64,000 nt of DNA. Source: Leptolyngbyaceae cyanobacterium (lineage in GTDB: Bacteria; Cyanobacteriota; Cyanobacteriia; Phormidesmidales; Phormidesmidaceae). The notes below the pieces were generated by a model. That model saw only the letters and a program-made list of their open reading frames with translations, was not told the DNA's origin and did not search any database. Position numbers and translations under genes: made by a program. Positions within the stretch are counted from its first letter, which is position 1. Each line of letters starts with the position of its first letter. The stretch lies in assembly GCA_965263355.1 (NCBI GenBank), contig CBDHHL010000056.1, forward strand, positions 2,080,001-2,144,000. The letters run 5' to 3'. This document shows positions 62,208 to 64,000 of the stretch, in pieces.

Positions 62208-62657
62208 TTCAATTACAGCTTGAGCGGACACCATCAGCGTTGTCATTAACTCTGTCGTTACCCGACTCAGACCTAGCCCCATCGCCGATAGGATGAGGAT
62301 TGTGACAAAGGCTAAACTGTTCCCAACATCGCGAATCAATAATTCCACCCGCAGTAATAGCGACGCAGCCAACATCACTAGGAAGTAAATAAAAATCTGA
62401 ATCCAGGATACGACAACGACAGCTAGAGAGGCGATTATTAAGGCCATCACCGTATAACCAAAATCGGACTGAAATCCAAGTAAAAAGAAGTTACGTAAAG
62501 GCTGCCAAATAATGGTGAGGAAGGCTGATTCTATGACTGCATATCCTAAGGCTAGCCACCAGATAAAATCTGAACTATGACGAGCATGTAAAAAAGCCCC
62601 AAACCCCATATAGGCTAGTAGTAATAGAAGTGACGATAACCAGGGCAACTTTCTCAT
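62193..62657 (-). CDS. Hypothetical membrane protein
   Basis: MRKLPWLSSLLLLLAY start after GAGGA; multiple hydrophobic helices. Confidence 0.75.
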   Translation of the reverse strand: MRKLPWLSSLLLLLAYMGFGAFLHARHSSDFIWWLALGYAVIESAFLTIIWQPLRNFFLLGFQSDFGYTVMALIIASLAVVVVSWIQIFIYFLVMLAASLLLRVELLIRDVGNSLAFVTILILSAMGLGLSRVTTELMTTLMVSAQAVIELWTI

Positions 62658-62665
62658 GAGTATCC

Positions 62666-63070
62666 TCAAAGATTGGTAGAAATTGCCTGAACCGGACAAG
62701 TGGGGATACATTGCTCGCAAACAATGCATTGGGCTCGGTCAAAAACCAGTTTGAAGCTTTCTGGATCTAGACGTAAAGCTCCCGTAGGGCAAACCCCTGT
62801 ACATAGGCCACAGTGAACACATAGGTCTTCGTCAATGAGGATCTCCCGACTAGATAGGGATACACCAATTCCCTGGTTACGCATCCATTCAATCGCTTCA
62901 TCGAGCTGATCGATATCGCCAGACAGCTCAATGACCCCTTTACCAACCTGATTCGGTGCCACCTGCGCACGAATGATATTGGCTGCCACATTAAAATCCT
63001 TGGCTAGCCGATAGGTGATTGGCATATTCACCGTCTGTTTTGGAAATGTCAAGGTAACGCGCTTTTTCAT
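62666..63070 (-). CDS. NIL domain / 2x[4Fe-4S] ferredoxin
   Basis: NVAANIIRA; CVHCGLCTGVCP and CIVCEQCIPTCP. Confidence 0.92.
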   Translation of the reverse strand: MKKRVTLTFPKQTVNMPITYRLAKDFNVAANIIRAQVAPNQVGKGVIELSGDIDQLDEAIEWMRNQGIGVSLSSREILIDEDLCVHCGLCTGVCPTGALRLDPESFKLVFDRAQCIVCEQCIPTCPVQAISTNL

Positions 63071-63096
63071 TCCGCTAGACTAAAGAAGACGCTGTC

Positions 63097-63699
63097 ATGA
63101 CGCCACTGGCGCTTTTTTATTCTATGTCGGTTAACTCTCCTGAATCTGGCGGTTTCGGACAACGATTACGAAATTTTGTGGTAGCAATTGTAGCCATAGT
63201 GCTGAGTATAGCTGTGGTCCTTGGATTACAGACCCGTACCCCATCGGCCTCTCTTTCAAATATGGCTGAGGAATCTGTACCGCTCAACAAAGCCATTACG
63301 AATGGCAAGCCTACGCTCGTGGAATTTTATGCGAACTGGTGCACTAGCTGTCAGTCGATGGCTGGAGATCTGCAGCTGTTAAAGGATGAGTATCAGCAGG
63401 ATGTAAATTTTGTCATGCTGAATGTGGACAATAATAAGTGGCTACCGGAAATGCTGCACTACCACGTAGATGGCATTCCTCACTTTGCGTTTCTGGATAA
63501 GGCAGGGAAAGATGCTGGAACAGCCATCGGTGAGGTACCCCGGGCAGTACTGGCAGAGAACTTAACTGCGTTAGTGGCAGCAGATAAACTACCCTATGTC
63601 CAGGCTGAAGGGCAAACCTCAGATGTAGATACTGCAACTTTTGAGCCGTCCGGTTCAGCAGATGACCCGCGTAGCCATGGCTCACAGGTAGTGCAGTAA
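63097..63699 (+). CDS. Membrane-anchored thioredoxin-like protein (TxlA/HCF164-like)
   Basis: TM segment, FYANWCTSC, VDGIPHF. Confidence 0.85.
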   Translation: MTPLALFYSMSVNSPESGGFGQRLRNFVVAIVAIVLSIAVVLGLQTRTPSASLSNMAEESVPLNKAITNGKPTLVEFYANWCTSCQSMAGDLQLLKDEYQQDVNFVMLNVDNNKWLPEMLHYHVDGIPHFAFLDKAGKDAGTAIGEVPRAVLAENLTALVAADKLPYVQAEGQTSDVDTATFEPSGSADDPRSHGSQVVQ

Positions 63700-63703
63700 A
63701 AGG

Positions 63704-64000
63704 CTATTCCACCACGATATCGCGCAGGGCTATGTCCACTTTGGGATAGGCAAATGAAAAGCCGGTAGCTTGTGTGCGCTCTGGTAAAACTTTCTGGCCT
63801 TCGAGAACAACAATTGCACCATCACCAAGCAGTGTCTCGATCACAAAGTCAGGCACTGGCAACCAAGAAGGTCGATTCATAACTTTACCCAAAGCATCGC
63901 ATAGCTCAGACATGCGAACGGGGTGGGGAGCGGTACCGTTGTAAACCCCAGACATATTTTCATCGATAAGCCCTTGCATAAAGAGGCTAACCAGATCGTC
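63704..64000 (-). CDS. TIGR01777 family epimerase/oxidoreductase, 3' part
   Basis: GVYNGTAPHPV, RPSWLPVP, VLEGQKVLP. Confidence 0.85.
   Translation of the reverse strand, partial: DDLVSLFMQGLIDENMSGVYNGTAPHPVRMSELCDALGKVMNRPSWLPVPDFVIETLLGDGAIVVLEGQKVLPERTQATGFSFAYPKVDIALRDIVVE

Overview
Cyanobacterial chromosome segment, based on more than 20 HIP1 GCGATCGC sites seen by eye, psbA, psaK and Uma2 genes. It is probably from a non-heterocystous filamentous Leptolyngbya-like lineage (inference). Most of the window is housekeeping: typA, mutY, dacB, prlC, mgtE, nusB-ftsY-holA, obgE, recQ, ftsQ-ftsZ-thiD, SRP RNA, psbA, rnhA, sds and M16 peptidases. The most notable items are: (1) a defence-like island at 1-6.2 kb containing an AT-rich 913-aa TIR-reverse transcriptase fusion lodged between the 5' stump of a type I hsdR and the 3' stump of hsdS; (2) an unannotated array of 4 full and 1 partial non-coding units at 61.2-62.2 kb, each with a conserved core, a minus-strand terminator and an upstream motif at identical spacing, consistent with a multicopy sRNA; (3) an NsiR1-like sRNA with a TCCGGA motif; (4) an orphan double-glycine leader peptide gene missing from the ORF track; (5) a vanadium haloperoxidase split by one in-frame TAG; and several pseudogene relics. 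All family assignments come from motif recognition by eye, with no database searches.
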